A stretch of 64,000 bases of DNA, from NCBI GenBank assembly GCA_945872615.1, contig CAMBZZ010000007.1:3496-67495 (forward strand), written 5' to 3'. This stretch comes from an uncultured Clostridia bacterium (lineage in GTDB: Bacteria; Bacillota; Clostridia; Christensenellales; UBA3700). Shown piece by piece: positions 1 to 9,608 of this stretch. The notes under the pieces were generated by a model. That model was given only the letters and a program-made list of their open reading frames with translations, made no database searches and was not told where the DNA came from. Position 1 is the first letter of the stretch; each line of letters opens with the position of its first letter. Made by a program: the position numbers and the translations under genes.

Positions 1-2324
1 TATTTGGCGAGGATTTTGACTTAAAAAATTTAGACACATATGAAGAAATCGTCAAATACGTATCGATTTTTGAGGACATAAAGCCTCGAAAAGAACAACT
101 CAAAAAGATAATCGGATTGGACGAAAAATACGTTGAGCCTTTGTCTAAACTGCGCTACAAAGGTTGGGGTAGATTTTCTAAAAAATTTTTGCACGGTATA
201 TTGACTAACGGTGAGAAGTCGATAGAAAGAAAAACCGTACTGCAAACTATGTATGAGAGAATGCAACATGTCAATAAGATTATCTACGATGAGACTCTAG
301 GTATTTTGCCGCAAATAAAACCTCAAGAGGAGATAATAGATAAGTTTGTCTATGATGAGCATATAGAACCCTTGTATTGTTCTCCTTCGGTCAAGAAGTC
401 TATATGGAATTGTTGCAAGCTGGTAGAAGAGATTGTCAAAATAATGGGTTGTCCACCCAAACATATCTTCTTGGAAACAACCAAGGAAGACCAAGAAAAA
501 AAGAAAAAAGATTCTAGGCTTGACACGATAGCCAAGTTGTACAAGAGTATTGCCGATGACCCGCAATATCGCAACGAGGCGTGCGAAAGCAAGACGTCGG
601 CAATGCAAAAAGCCGAAAAGACAAACGAATTGACAGACAAGGTCTATCTATGGCTTACCCAACTTGGTAGATGTATGTACTCGGGTGAGGTTATACCTTT
701 TGATGAACTGAAAAATTGCGAGATAGACCATATCGTACCGAGACATTATATCAAAGACGACAGCTTATCCAATAGAGTTTTGGTCAAGAAAATAGAAAAC
801 CAAAACAAGTCGGGCACGCTTGCTCTTAGTTTGGAAGTTAGGACAAGAATGCAAGAGTTTTGGCAATATCTACATAAGCACGGCTTTATAAGTAAACGAA
901 AAATGAATAATCTCAACAAGACTGAGTATAACGAAAACGATATGGTGGGATTTGTCAATCGACAACTTGTTGAAACTTCGCAAACGATAAAAGAAGTGAC
1001 CGATCTTTTGAAAAAGCGTTTTACAGATACGGAAGTTAGGGGTGTAAAAGCCAAGATGAATAGTCTTATGCGAAGTGCACATAGAGACCAATATCCCGAG
1101 TTCTATAAACTCCGCTCTCTCAACGATATGCACCACGCAAAAGACGCCTATCTTACTGCGGTAATAGGGTATTTCGTGACGGTGGCTTATCCTAGCTGGG
1201 GACAAGATAGAGATAGCCTAAGATATAAGTATGTGATTGAGAAAAAAGAGAGACGATACGGCTCTGTTGACGAACTCGTCAACAAGAGATATGGTCTTAT
1301 CATAGACAAAATGATGATGTCTGACTATGTAAACAAAGATGACTTTATCAATGAGGACGGAGAAGTGTTGTGGGATTTAGTTAAATACAACACCATCCTT
1401 AAGACTATGGGCTTCAACGATTGTCTAATAGTTAAAGCTAAAAACTTTGAGGCTAATAGGAACTTTTACGATACGGTTCCAATCAAAGCGGGTGCCGGTA
1501 AAGTTCCGCTTAGATATATAGACGGCAAACCTCTAAATCCGGATTTGTACGGCTCTTTTGGCAAAGTTCAATCTACTTGTTGGTACGTTGTCAAGTGTAT
1601 AGAGCGAAAACAAGAAAAATATAGATGTGTAGGCGTTACCGCTCAAGAATACGCATTAATAAATTCATTGGCAACTCAAGAAGCAAGAGAGCAAGAATTG
1701 AAAAGGTATTTGCAAGACGAGTTCAAGGCTAAAGAGATAATAATGCCGATATATCAAAACCAGAAGATTGTCAAAACCAACGAATATGGAACCCATACTT
1801 GCTATATTACAAGCGCAAGGTATTGTATTAATGCCGTGCAAATGGTGATAGATAAGAAACATTACAAAACGATAGCGTTGATAGAAAGAGTGGAAAAGGA
1901 AAGAAAAAATATGTCCACGGCAACATTGATGGCAATAGAAGAGGAGGAAAGGAAACAAACCTCAAATGATGCAATGACAAAGTTTGGAGATAAGATCAAA
2001 GAGTTGATTATTGATTTTAGCCAACAGTTACACAAGTATTATGCCGTATATCATAACAATGCAGAAAAGATACTGGCATTTGTCAATGATAAGTATGATG
2101 GGTTATCATTGAAGGAACAAGTTGAATTTGCAGCCAATATTATGTGCCTTGGTCAAGCTAAGTCGTGCCAACTCAAAATGACGTCGACCCTAGGCACTAC
2201 AGGTTTTGGAATGATGCAAAGCGGATTTGATCCGGAAAAAGTAATCTATATAGACCAATCTATGACGGGAATATATTGTCGCAAGTATACTTTGGCGGAC
2301 GTTATGGCGAAGAAGGCTAAGTAG
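1..2324 (+). CDS. cas9: Cas9 (type II-A), C-terminal ~775 aa; 5' end lies outside the window
   Basis: Frame 3 is open from the window edge (FGEDFDLKNLDTYEEIV...) into ORF 117..2324. HNH motif CEIDHIVPRHYIKDDSLSNRVLV..NQNKSG. RuvC-III motif NDMHHAKDAYL. The C-terminal ..IDQSMTGIY.. resembles the SpCas9 PI-domain end. Followed directly by cas1-cas2-csn2. Confidence 0.93.
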   Translation, partial: FGEDFDLKNLDTYEEIVKYVSIFEDIKPRKEQLKKIIGLDEKYVEPLSKLRYKGWGRFSKKFLHGILTNGEKSIERKTVLQTMYERMQHVNKIIYDETLGILPQIKPQEEIIDKFVYDEHIEPLYCSPSVKKSIWNCCKLVEEIVKIMGCPPKHIFLETTKEDQEKKKKDSRLDTIAKLYKSIADDPQYRNEACESKTSAMQKAEKTNELTDKVYLWLTQLGRCMYSGEVIPFDELKNCEIDHIVPRHYIKDDSLSNRVLVKKIENQNKSGTLALSLEVRTRMQEFWQYLHKHGFISKRKMNNLNKTEYNENDMVGFVNRQLVETSQTIKEVTDLLKKRFTDTEVRGVKAKMNSLMRSAHRDQYPEFYKLRSLNDMHHAKDAYLTAVIGYFVTVAYPSWGQDRDSLRYKYVIEKKERRYGSVDELVNKRYGLIIDKMMMSDYVNKDDFINEDGEVLWDLVKYNTILKTMGFNDCLIVKAKNFEANRNFYDTVPIKAGAGKVPLRYIDGKPLNPDLYGSFGKVQSTCWYVVKCIERKQEKYRCVGVTAQEYALINSLATQEAREQELKRYLQDEFKAKEIIMPIYQNQKIVKTNEYGTHTCYITSARYCINAVQMVIDKKHYKTIALIERVEKERKNMSTATLMAIEEEERKQTSNDAMTKFGDKIKELIIDFSQQLHKYYAVYHNNAEKILAFVNDKYDGLSLKEQVEFAANIMCLGQAKSCQLKMTSTLGTTGFGMMQSGFDPEKVIYIDQSMTGIYCRKYTLADVMAKKAK

Positions 2325-2328
2325 GATT

Positions 2329-3198
2329 ATGAGTTGGCGCACGGTGGTGATAGAAAAGGCTTGCAAGGTGTCGTATAAAAACAATTATCTACTTATCCAC
2401 AATGACGACGTCAAAAAGATATTTATGGATGAGATAGGTATAGTTATTATGACCAACACCCAAGTCAACGTCACCGGCGTCGCCTTGTGTGAGATGTCCA
2501 AAAGAAAGATAAAAGTCATTATGTGCGACGAAAAGTATAACCCGTACGGAGAACTCGTATCTTATTACGGCTCGCATAATACGTCCAAAAAATTGCGATT
2601 GCAAACTCTATGGGATGATGAGACAAAGGGGACGATATTTACGCACATCATAGATGCTAAAATATTTAATCAAGCAGCGCTTTTGCAAGAACTCGGCTTT
2701 GAAGAGCAGTCGGCGGCTCTAAACGAATATCGGCAACAACTGCAATTTTACGATGAAACTAATCGTGAAGGGCACGCCGCCAAAGTGTACTTTAACGCCC
2801 TATTTGGAAAGTCTTTTAGCAGAGATATGACTTGCAATATCAACTCTGCGTTGGACTATGGGTATAGTATCCTTTTATCTTTGGTCAATAGAGAAGTAGT
2901 CAAAAACGGGTGCGTAACTCAACTTGGGATAAAACACTGTAACGAGTTTAATCAATTCAATTTGTCGTGTGATTTGATGGAACCATATAGAGTATTGATA
3001 GACCGATACGTGTATGAAAATCGCAACAAAGAGTTTGACAAAGAGATAAAATACGGGCTGATAGACGTACTCAATCAACGAATCGTCTTAGATAGAGAGA
3101 CCTTCGTTAGCAACGCTGTTGCCACGTCTGTTAAGAGTTGCATCGATAGTCTTAATGCCAAAGATATGACCAAACTAAAATTATACTATATGGTATGA
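2329..3198 (+). CDS. cas1: Cas1 integrase
   Basis: 289 aa. N-terminus MSWRTVVIEKACKVSYKNNYLLI is typical of type II Cas1. Starts 4 nt after the cas9 stop. Confidence 0.92.
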   Translation: MSWRTVVIEKACKVSYKNNYLLIHNDDVKKIFMDEIGIVIMTNTQVNVTGVALCEMSKRKIKVIMCDEKYNPYGELVSYYGSHNTSKKLRLQTLWDDETKGTIFTHIIDAKIFNQAALLQELGFEEQSAALNEYRQQLQFYDETNREGHAAKVYFNALFGKSFSRDMTCNINSALDYGYSILLSLVNREVVKNGCVTQLGIKHCNEFNQFNLSCDLMEPYRVLIDRYVYENRNKEFDKEIKYGLIDVLNQRIVLDRETFVSNAVATSVKSCIDSLNAKDMTKLKLYYMV

Positions 3199-3518
3199 GT
3201 AGTTATAGATATATGAGATTGTTTGTTATATTTGATTTACCGAGATACACCTCCAATCAACAAAAGCAAGCCAATGCTTTTAGAAAGAAGTTGGTAGACG
3301 AGGGCTTTTTGATGTTGCAAGAGTCGGTGTATTGCAAACTCGCTCTGAATGACTCTGTGATGCAAGCAATTAAGCAAAGAGTGAGAGAGATAAAACCATC
3401 TGAAGGCGACGTTATGATGTTTGGCGTGACGGAAAAACAATTTGAAGACATAGAGTTTTTGCTCAATCCGAGTGTCTCAAACGTGTTGGATAATACCGAT
3501 AGATTGGTAATACTATGA
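3195..3518 (+). CDS. cas2: Cas2
   Basis: 107 aa. SYRYMRLFVIFDLP..FRKKLVDEGFLMLQESVYCKL matches the type II Cas2 pattern. ATGA overlap with cas1. Confidence 0.9.
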   Translation: MSSYRYMRLFVIFDLPRYTSNQQKQANAFRKKLVDEGFLMLQESVYCKLALNDSVMQAIKQRVREIKPSEGDVMMFGVTEKQFEDIEFLLNPSVSNVLDNTDRLVIL

Positions 3519-4186
3519 AACTAAAATTGTATCAATGCCAAAACGATACCATAAGTTTGGACGACAAACCTTTGTGCTTGGAGATAGAACGACAATCGGT
3601 ATTTGTCGAATGCGCGGGCTATTTTCGAGATATGACGCTTGAAAATCAATATATTGCTGTATTGGAAAATGATAAATATGTGGCAGCCAAAGACGTATGC
3701 TCTTTGTTCGATATAACCAACGTATCATTGACGAATAAGACCTTTTTGAATAAACTTTATAAAAAGGTGGAGACGGATATTGTTGCCGACTACGACCTGA
3801 AGTTGCAGTTGGACAAAATATATGCTACAATAATATCGTACTTTGACAACTTAATATCTCAATATAATTGTGATTTGACTCTTCAAAGAGAGTCAAAAAT
3901 CAAAGATTTTCTTGATTTGGTGCAACTTGCTCCGCAGGTAGGAGAGGATTATTTTGACAATCTACTCAATTTGATTGCTCTGTCGTCGGAGCTCGATTTG
4001 TTTAGGTTGATAGTGATTGTCAATCAAAGAGCTTTTTTAACCAAAGAGCAACTACAAGAATTGTACAAGTTTTGCCTCTACAAAAAGCAAAAATTGTTGG
4101 TGTTAGAAAGATACCACGACCCAACTCTTTGCCTAAATGAGAGAAAATTGTACGTAGATCAAGAATTATTTGAGTTTTTAACGTAA
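3515..4186 (+). CDS. csn2: Csn2 (type II-A signature protein)
   Basis: 223 aa. The C-terminal segment VNQRAFLTKEQLQELY...LLVLER aligns by eye with S. pyogenes Csn2 INSGAFLTKDEVASLQEY...VLFLEPR. Sits between cas2 and the array, with an ATGA overlap with cas2. Confidence 0.85.
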   Translation: MKLKLYQCQNDTISLDDKPLCLEIERQSVFVECAGYFRDMTLENQYIAVLENDKYVAAKDVCSLFDITNVSLTNKTFLNKLYKKVETDIVADYDLKLQLDKIYATIISYFDNLISQYNCDLTLQRESKIKDFLDLVQLAPQVGEDYFDNLLNLIALSSELDLFRLIVIVNQRAFLTKEQLQELYKFCLYKKQKLLVLERYHDPTLCLNERKLYVDQELFEFLT

Positions 4187-4248
4187 TCACAGCCATTTGG
4201 AATTGCCCAAAATTCACTACTTTAGTGTACCGACTTCATGAATTTGAG
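4187..4248 (+). promoter_or_regulatory. CRISPR leader (62 nt between the csn2 stop and repeat 1), ending in ATTTGAG
   Basis: ATTTGAG at 4242..4248 abuts repeat 1. As I recall, this is the conserved leader-end motif of a subset of II-A leaders. Degenerate repeats sit at the opposite end of the array, which confirms polarity. Confidence 0.7.
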
Positions 4249-6131
4249 GTTTTAGTACTTTGTAATTCCAAATAGGTGTTAAACAGACAAACTTGACGAT
4301 GTCGACAATGTGTTGTTTTAGTACTTTGTAATTCCAAATAGGTGTTAAACCGACTATTCCAATACGCCTTGCAAGGTGAGGTTTTAGTACTTTGTAATTC
4401 CAAATAGGTGTTAAACGAAGAAACGCTATTGTGGGTTGATGTAGAGGTTTTAGTACTTTGTAATTCCAAATAGGTGTTAAACTACGGACGATGTTTTTGA
4501 CTGTACACAATGGTTTTAGTACTTTGTAATTCCAAATAGGTGTTAAACTCGCCCGCCTTGACTTTGCGAGGCTACTCCGTTTTAGTACTTTGTAATTCCA
4601 AATAGGTGTTAAACAATATCACAGAGCAAGTAACGCACTTATAAGTTTTAGTACTTTGTAATTCCAAATAGGTGTTAAACGCACCCGTCGTGGTGATATC
4701 CATCAACAACGTTTTAGTACTTTGTAATTCCAAATAGGTGTTAAACCCGCAGGAATAGTCACCGCTCCATCTGCCAGTTTTAGTACTTTGTAATTCCAAA
4801 TAGGTGTTAAACATGATATAAGCAATTATGCGAACGTAAACGGTTTTAGTACTTTGTAATTCCAAATAGGTGTTAAACATATCAACTCTACTTTGGACAA
4901 GCCATAGCGTTTTAGTACTTTGTAATTCCAAATAGGTGTTAAACTGCATCAAGCACTTGTTTTTCCATTTCTGTGTTTTAGTACTTTGTAATTCCAAATA
5001 GGTGTTAAACATGCGGGACGGTAGCCTCGATAATGGTTTTGTTTTAGTACTTTGTAATTCCAAATAGGTGTTAAACTTAGTTAAATATAACTCTACCATA
5101 GCACCAGTTTTAGTACTTTGTAATTCCAAATAGGTGTTAAACAATAACAATCGCATCAATCATCCTTGACCAGTTTTAGTACTTTGTAATTCCAAATAGG
5201 TGTTACACCACCGCGCCAATATTTTGGTGGTGGCAATCGTTTTAGTACTTTGTAATTCCAAATAGGTGTTAAACACTGTGCACTATATGCGTACAGAACG
5301 GCTAGTTTTAGTACTTTGTAATTCCAAATAGGTGTTAAACTCATGTCAAATAACTCTTCTATCTCAATGTGTTTTAGTACTTTGTAATTCCAAATAGGTG
5401 TTAAACGTGTTGTGCGACTTGTATCCGTTTTGGACGGTTTTAGTACTTTGTAATTCCAAATAGGTGTTAAACTGGTATAATATCGTTGACATCTAGTTAT
5501 AAGTTTTAGTACTTTGTAATTCCAAATAGGTGTTAAACAAAGCCGTTGTCCAAACTACCGTCTCGCATGTTTTAGTACTTTGTAATTCCAAATAGGTGTT
5601 AAACTGAGAGTGTATTCTCATCAACATAGCGCAAGTTTTAGTACTTTGTAATTCCAAATAGGTGTTAAACACGTCCATATACCATATTGCGACGGTCCAG
5701 TTTTAGTACTTTGTAATTCCAAATAGGTGTTAAACTCATTCTTGAAAATGGCATTCAAGGCATTGGTTTTAGTACTTTGTAATTCCAAATAGGTGTTAAA
5801 CAAGCAACAACCAAATAGCGTGGTATGTCGAGTTTTAGTACTTTGTAATTCCAAATAGGTGTTAAACCCACGCTTGCGAGCATTCCTACCGACACGAGTT
5901 TTAGTACTTTGTAATTCCAAATAGGTGTTAAACGGACGGTAGTAAGACGACGATAACGGTTGCGTTTTAGTACTTTGTAATTCCAAATAGGTGTTAAACG
6001 GCGAAAAAACTTATCAAAGGTTTAGGCTAGTTTTAGTCCTTTGTAATTCCAAATAGGTGTTAAACAACTCTTTACAAACACATACGGATTTGATAGTTTT
6101 AGTCCTTTGTAATTCCAAAATTTTTACGCAA
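4249..6131 (+). CRISPR. Type II-A CRISPR array: 29 repeats of 36 nt and 28 spacers (27 of 30 nt, one of 29 nt)
   Basis: Repeat GTTTTAGTACTTTGTAATTCCAAATAGGTGTTAAAC starts at 4249 with a 66-nt period. R15 (5173) carries A->C at 5206. R28 (6030) and R29 (6096) carry A->C at repeat position 9. R29 diverges after 24 nt, as expected for a terminal degenerate repeat. Confidence 0.98.
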
Positions 6132-6177
6132 TGAGATAGAGAGTTTTAATTTAAACTATTATATGTTTATCAATTTT

Positions 6178-6205
6178 GACAGTCTTTAGGGCTGTCTTTT
6201 TATTT
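6178..6205 (+). terminator. Weak rho-independent terminator downstream of the array
   Basis: GACAG-tctttaggg-CTGTC followed by TTTTTATTT. The stem is only 5 bp. Confidence 0.4.
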
Positions 6206-6349
6206 AGATTGGGTGATAAGGGGGAAAATATGGTTGATAATTTGTCAAAAGGATATTTAAGGTAGTCGTTGGTATTGCAAAAGAAGGACAAGTATGATAA
6301 TCTAATAAATAAGATTGTATTAATTTGAATAAGGCAATTTGATGGGATA

Positions 6350-8434
6350 ATGAAGAGAAGATTTATATTGATAGCAATTATGGTCATGACGGTTGTGTGC
6401 GCGTTTGGTTTGTCGGCTTGCGGGGTTGACGACGACTATACCAATTTGGGCAGAGAATTCGTGCCGTTTGACGAGGCAGAATTTGTCCAAACTATGGCTA
6501 CGGGTGGCGAAAATCGGGTATTGGTAAGTGAAAACGGCGTGGCGCAGTTCAAATATATCGTCTATCCCGACGAGTTGGACTTAGTTGAGTTTGACGGCGA
6601 CACCTACTATAGACTGTATAGACACGAGGTGGAGCTTATCAACGCCACTAAATTTATGGCAAACACGCTCAACCAAATGATATACGGCGGAGCGGGTGAA
6701 ATCGTTGCAATCAGTCAAAAGAGCTACGACGATAGCCATGTGGGTGAAAAGGCAATATTCGTGGAAAAGACAAGCGTTGACGGAGTGGAAGACGACGGAT
6801 ATAAGTTTGTTGTGACGGATAGTAGAATTGCAATCGTCGCCAATAAATTTAGGGGCTTGACCAACGGCGTGTACGACGTGTTGGAGAGCGAGTTTGGCTG
6901 TATGTTTGTCAGTCAGACCTACGACTATATTCCGCACTTGCCTACGATATATCTATCCGAATGTGAAAAAACCATCAATCCCGACGTGGCGTGGAGAAAC
7001 GTATACGCTTACGAAGCCTTATATCGTGAAACCGAGGGGTTGGATAAAGACTATATAGGTTGGCATAACAAGATAAAACTCAACGGAGCGGGTAATGACG
7101 ATTGGTATAGATGGTGTCATTCTTCCTTCAAGTTTATATCTCCCGAGGAGTACTTTGACACTAATCCCGAGTACTTTAGTATGTACATGGGAAAGCGCGT
7201 CTACGAGCAAGGACCCGTGTCGGGGCAGTTGTGTTGGACCAACGAGGACGTGTATCGAATTATATATGATAAAGTCACCAAAGAGATGGAAGAAAACCCC
7301 GATATACATATATGGGACGTAAGCCAGATGGATACTTGGATAAATCGAGGCAAGGGTTGTACTTGTCCCGATTGTAAGGCAATAGACGACGCCGAGGGCA
7401 GTCAAATGGGGTCGCTGCTAACCTTTGTCAATAGGCTGGCGAGGGATATAAAAGAAAGATTCCCGGACAATTACATATCAACGCTTGCCTACAACTATAC
7501 TGCCAAACCACCTAAAAATATCGTGCCCGAGGACAACGTTATCATCAAGTTGTGCTTGATGCCCGGTGACGTGACCGCGCCGTATTCTTCTCCGCGCAGC
7601 AAGGAGGGAGAGGACGCCAAAAAGATTGTGGAAGCTTGGGGAACGCGAGCTAAGCATATCTTGATATGGGATTACAACATCAATTTTCATAATTATATGA
7701 TGCCTTATCCTATACTCGACAGTCTCAAAGAAACCAATGACTTTTATATTCAAAACAACGCCTACGGAATGTTCCACCAAATGAGTTTTGACAAGGGCGG
7801 AGATATGGCGGAAATCAATAGCTATATTTTTGCGAGGTTGATGTGGAATAAGGATACCGACGTGCAAGAAGTATATAACAAATATATGACCGTATACTAC
7901 GGCGAGTCGGCAAAATATATGGCGGAATATTACGACCGCTTGGCTACCAACGTAGAAAAAACGGGAGAGGATTTGTATATCTATTCTAGCGTGCAAAGTC
8001 ATATGGCGGGGTATCTAAGCGAGAAAAATATCAATAGTTATTTGGAGTGCTTCGACAACGCGATTGAGACGGCAAACGGTGACCAGACTTTGATTGACAG
8101 AATCAATCGCGCCAAAATAAGCGTGCTATTCGTCAAAGGCGAACAGTTTTCCGCCGATTGCAAGGGTAGAGAAGCGGCGATAGAAGAAATGGTTGAGTTG
8201 TGCAACAAAAACGGCATAGACTCATTGATGGAAGGTGAAGGCAACGGCGACGAGTTGCAAAATTTCTACGATAGGAATATGGCTCAAGTAAAGGCTATGC
8301 CTGCTATCATCATTGCTATGATACTAGGTTGCTTATTGATATTATTTTTGATATTGGCAATAGGCTATATGATTGCTCGCAAAGTCAAATACGGTACCGT
8401 AAGACGAAAAAAGAAAGAAGAACAAGCATCGTAA
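6350..8434 (+). CDS. DUF4838-like putative glycoside hydrolase, with a lipoprotein signal and a C-terminal TM anchor
   Basis: 694 aa. N-terminal lipobox ..FGLSAC. The central CHSSFKF..QLCWTNEDV..GCTCPDCKAID..LTFVNRLARD.. pattern is what I associate with DUF4838. C-terminal hydrophobic helix AIIIAMILGCLLILFLILAIGYMIA followed by RKVKYG..KKKEE. Confidence 0.5.
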   Translation: MKRRFILIAIMVMTVVCAFGLSACGVDDDYTNLGREFVPFDEAEFVQTMATGGENRVLVSENGVAQFKYIVYPDELDLVEFDGDTYYRLYRHEVELINATKFMANTLNQMIYGGAGEIVAISQKSYDDSHVGEKAIFVEKTSVDGVEDDGYKFVVTDSRIAIVANKFRGLTNGVYDVLESEFGCMFVSQTYDYIPHLPTIYLSECEKTINPDVAWRNVYAYEALYRETEGLDKDYIGWHNKIKLNGAGNDDWYRWCHSSFKFISPEEYFDTNPEYFSMYMGKRVYEQGPVSGQLCWTNEDVYRIIYDKVTKEMEENPDIHIWDVSQMDTWINRGKGCTCPDCKAIDDAEGSQMGSLLTFVNRLARDIKERFPDNYISTLAYNYTAKPPKNIVPEDNVIIKLCLMPGDVTAPYSSPRSKEGEDAKKIVEAWGTRAKHILIWDYNINFHNYMMPYPILDSLKETNDFYIQNNAYGMFHQMSFDKGGDMAEINSYIFARLMWNKDTDVQEVYNKYMTVYYGESAKYMAEYYDRLATNVEKTGEDLYIYSSVQSHMAGYLSEKNINSYLECFDNAIETANGDQTLIDRINRAKISVLFVKGEQFSADCKGREAAIEEMVELCNKNGIDSLMEGEGNGDELQNFYDRNMAQVKAMPAIIIAMILGCLLILFLILAIGYMIARKVKYGTVRRKKKEEQAS

Positions 8435-8499
8435 GGTCGTTATAAAAGGTGCATTGAATACTAAAAAATTAGTTGGTAATACTGAATACGGAGATAATT

Positions 8500-9477
8500 A
8501 TGTGTACGGCTGCAACTTATAGGACGAAAGATTTTTATTTTGGAAGGACGCTCGATTACGAATTTAGTTACGGAGAAGAAATCGTAGTAACCCCGAGGAA
8601 TTTTGACTTTGGCTGGAGAAACGCTAAAGGAGCGAAAAAACGATACGCGATTATCGGTATGGCGCACGTTGAAGCCAATTATCCGCTGTATTACGACGCT
8701 ATCAACGAAAAAGGTTTGGGCATGGCGGGACTAAACTTCGTAGGCAACGCTAAGTACAATAGCCAAATAGTGCAAGGTAAGGACAACGTGGCGCAATTCG
8801 AATTGATACCGTGGGTATTGACGCAATGCGACAGCGTGAGACAAGCCAAAGAATTGCTAACTAAAATCAATATCACCGATACGCCTTTTGCGGCTGAGCT
8901 GCCCGTGGCGTCGTTGCATTGGATAATAGCAGATAAGGACGGCGCGATAACCGTCGAAAGCGTACAAGAGGGATTGAAAATCTACGACAATCCCGTGGGC
9001 GTACTGACCAACAATCCGCCTTTCGATATGCAACTATTTAATCTCAACAACTATATGTCTCTATCGCCACGCTCTCCGCAAAACGCTTTTTGCGAGCAAG
9101 TACCGCTGAGCACTTATAGCAGAGGTATGGGCGCGCTTGGTTTGCCGGGGGACTTGTCGTCGGCGTCTCGCTTCGTGAGAGTAGCTTTCGTTAGAGGTAA
9201 CTCAAAGTCTGCAGATACCGAAGAGGCAAGCGTAAGTCAATTTTTCCATATATTAGGCTCGGTTGAACAACAAAGGGGCTGTTGCGAAGTGGAGGACGGC
9301 AAGTACGAAATAACCATATACACTTCGTGTTGCAACGCTACCAAGGGTATATACTATTACAATACTTATGACAACCACCAAATAAGCAAAGTCGATATGC
9401 GTAAAGAAAATCTCGACAGGTCGACGATAATAACCTATCCTATGCTGACAGGTGAAAAAATCTACTGCCAAAACTAA
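8500..9477 (+). CDS. Choloylglycine hydrolase / linear amide C-N hydrolase (Ntn hydrolase, bile-salt-hydrolase family)
   Basis: Starts MCTAATYRTKDFYFGRTLDYEF, with the nucleophile Cys2 typical of BSH/PVA enzymes. GGAG lies upstream of the ATG at 8500. The ORF-track start at 8473 is an upstream extension. Confidence 0.8.
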   Translation: MCTAATYRTKDFYFGRTLDYEFSYGEEIVVTPRNFDFGWRNAKGAKKRYAIIGMAHVEANYPLYYDAINEKGLGMAGLNFVGNAKYNSQIVQGKDNVAQFELIPWVLTQCDSVRQAKELLTKINITDTPFAAELPVASLHWIIADKDGAITVESVQEGLKIYDNPVGVLTNNPPFDMQLFNLNNYMSLSPRSPQNAFCEQVPLSTYSRGMGALGLPGDLSSASRFVRVAFVRGNSKSADTEEASVSQFFHILGSVEQQRGCCEVEDGKYEITIYTSCCNATKGIYYYNTYDNHQISKVDMRKENLDRSTIITYPMLTGEKIYCQN

Positions 9478-9500
9478 ATAACGATTATAAATTAATAGAG

Positions 9501-9532
9501 TGCTGTGCCTTGCGAGGCATAGCATTTTTTTT
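9501..9532 (+). terminator. Rho-independent terminator
   Basis: TGCTGTGCC-ttgcga-GGCATAGCA followed by T8. Confidence 0.75.
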
Positions 9533-9608
9533 GTAAAATAAAAAATTTTGCAAAATATGACCCGTGTTGTCATAATTGATTGACTATCATATAAATAAGG
9601 AGGGCAGT

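Noticed and set aside
4217-5986. Minus-strand ORFs across the array (for example 4217..4510, 4572..5159, 5621..5986) with the recurring peptides LTPIWNYKVLK and FNTYLELQSTKT.
   Set aside because: These are translations of the 36-nt CRISPR repeat in different frames. The periodicity equals the repeat-spacer unit, so they are not genes.
6096-6131. Possible minus-strand tracrRNA using the terminal degenerate repeat as its anti-repeat.
   Set aside because: The sequence that would follow the anti-repeat on the minus strand is spacer 28 and then another repeat. There is no nexus, hairpins or terminator. It behaves as an ordinary decayed terminal repeat.
6230-6265. An 11-codon mini-ORF (MVDNLSKGYLR) with a strong AAGGGGG RBS between the CRISPR array and the DUF4838-like gene.
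   Set aside because: It is too short to support from sequence alone, with no evidence of conservation or function. It could be a chance ORF in an AT-rich promoter region.
8376-8388. A 13-nt match between spacer 5 (4549..4578, TTGACTTTGCGAG) and the minus strand of the DUF4838-like gene, considered as a possible self-target.
   Set aside because: The flanks do not match. A 13-mer hit between 28 spacers and 128 kb of two-strand sequence is expected about once by chance.
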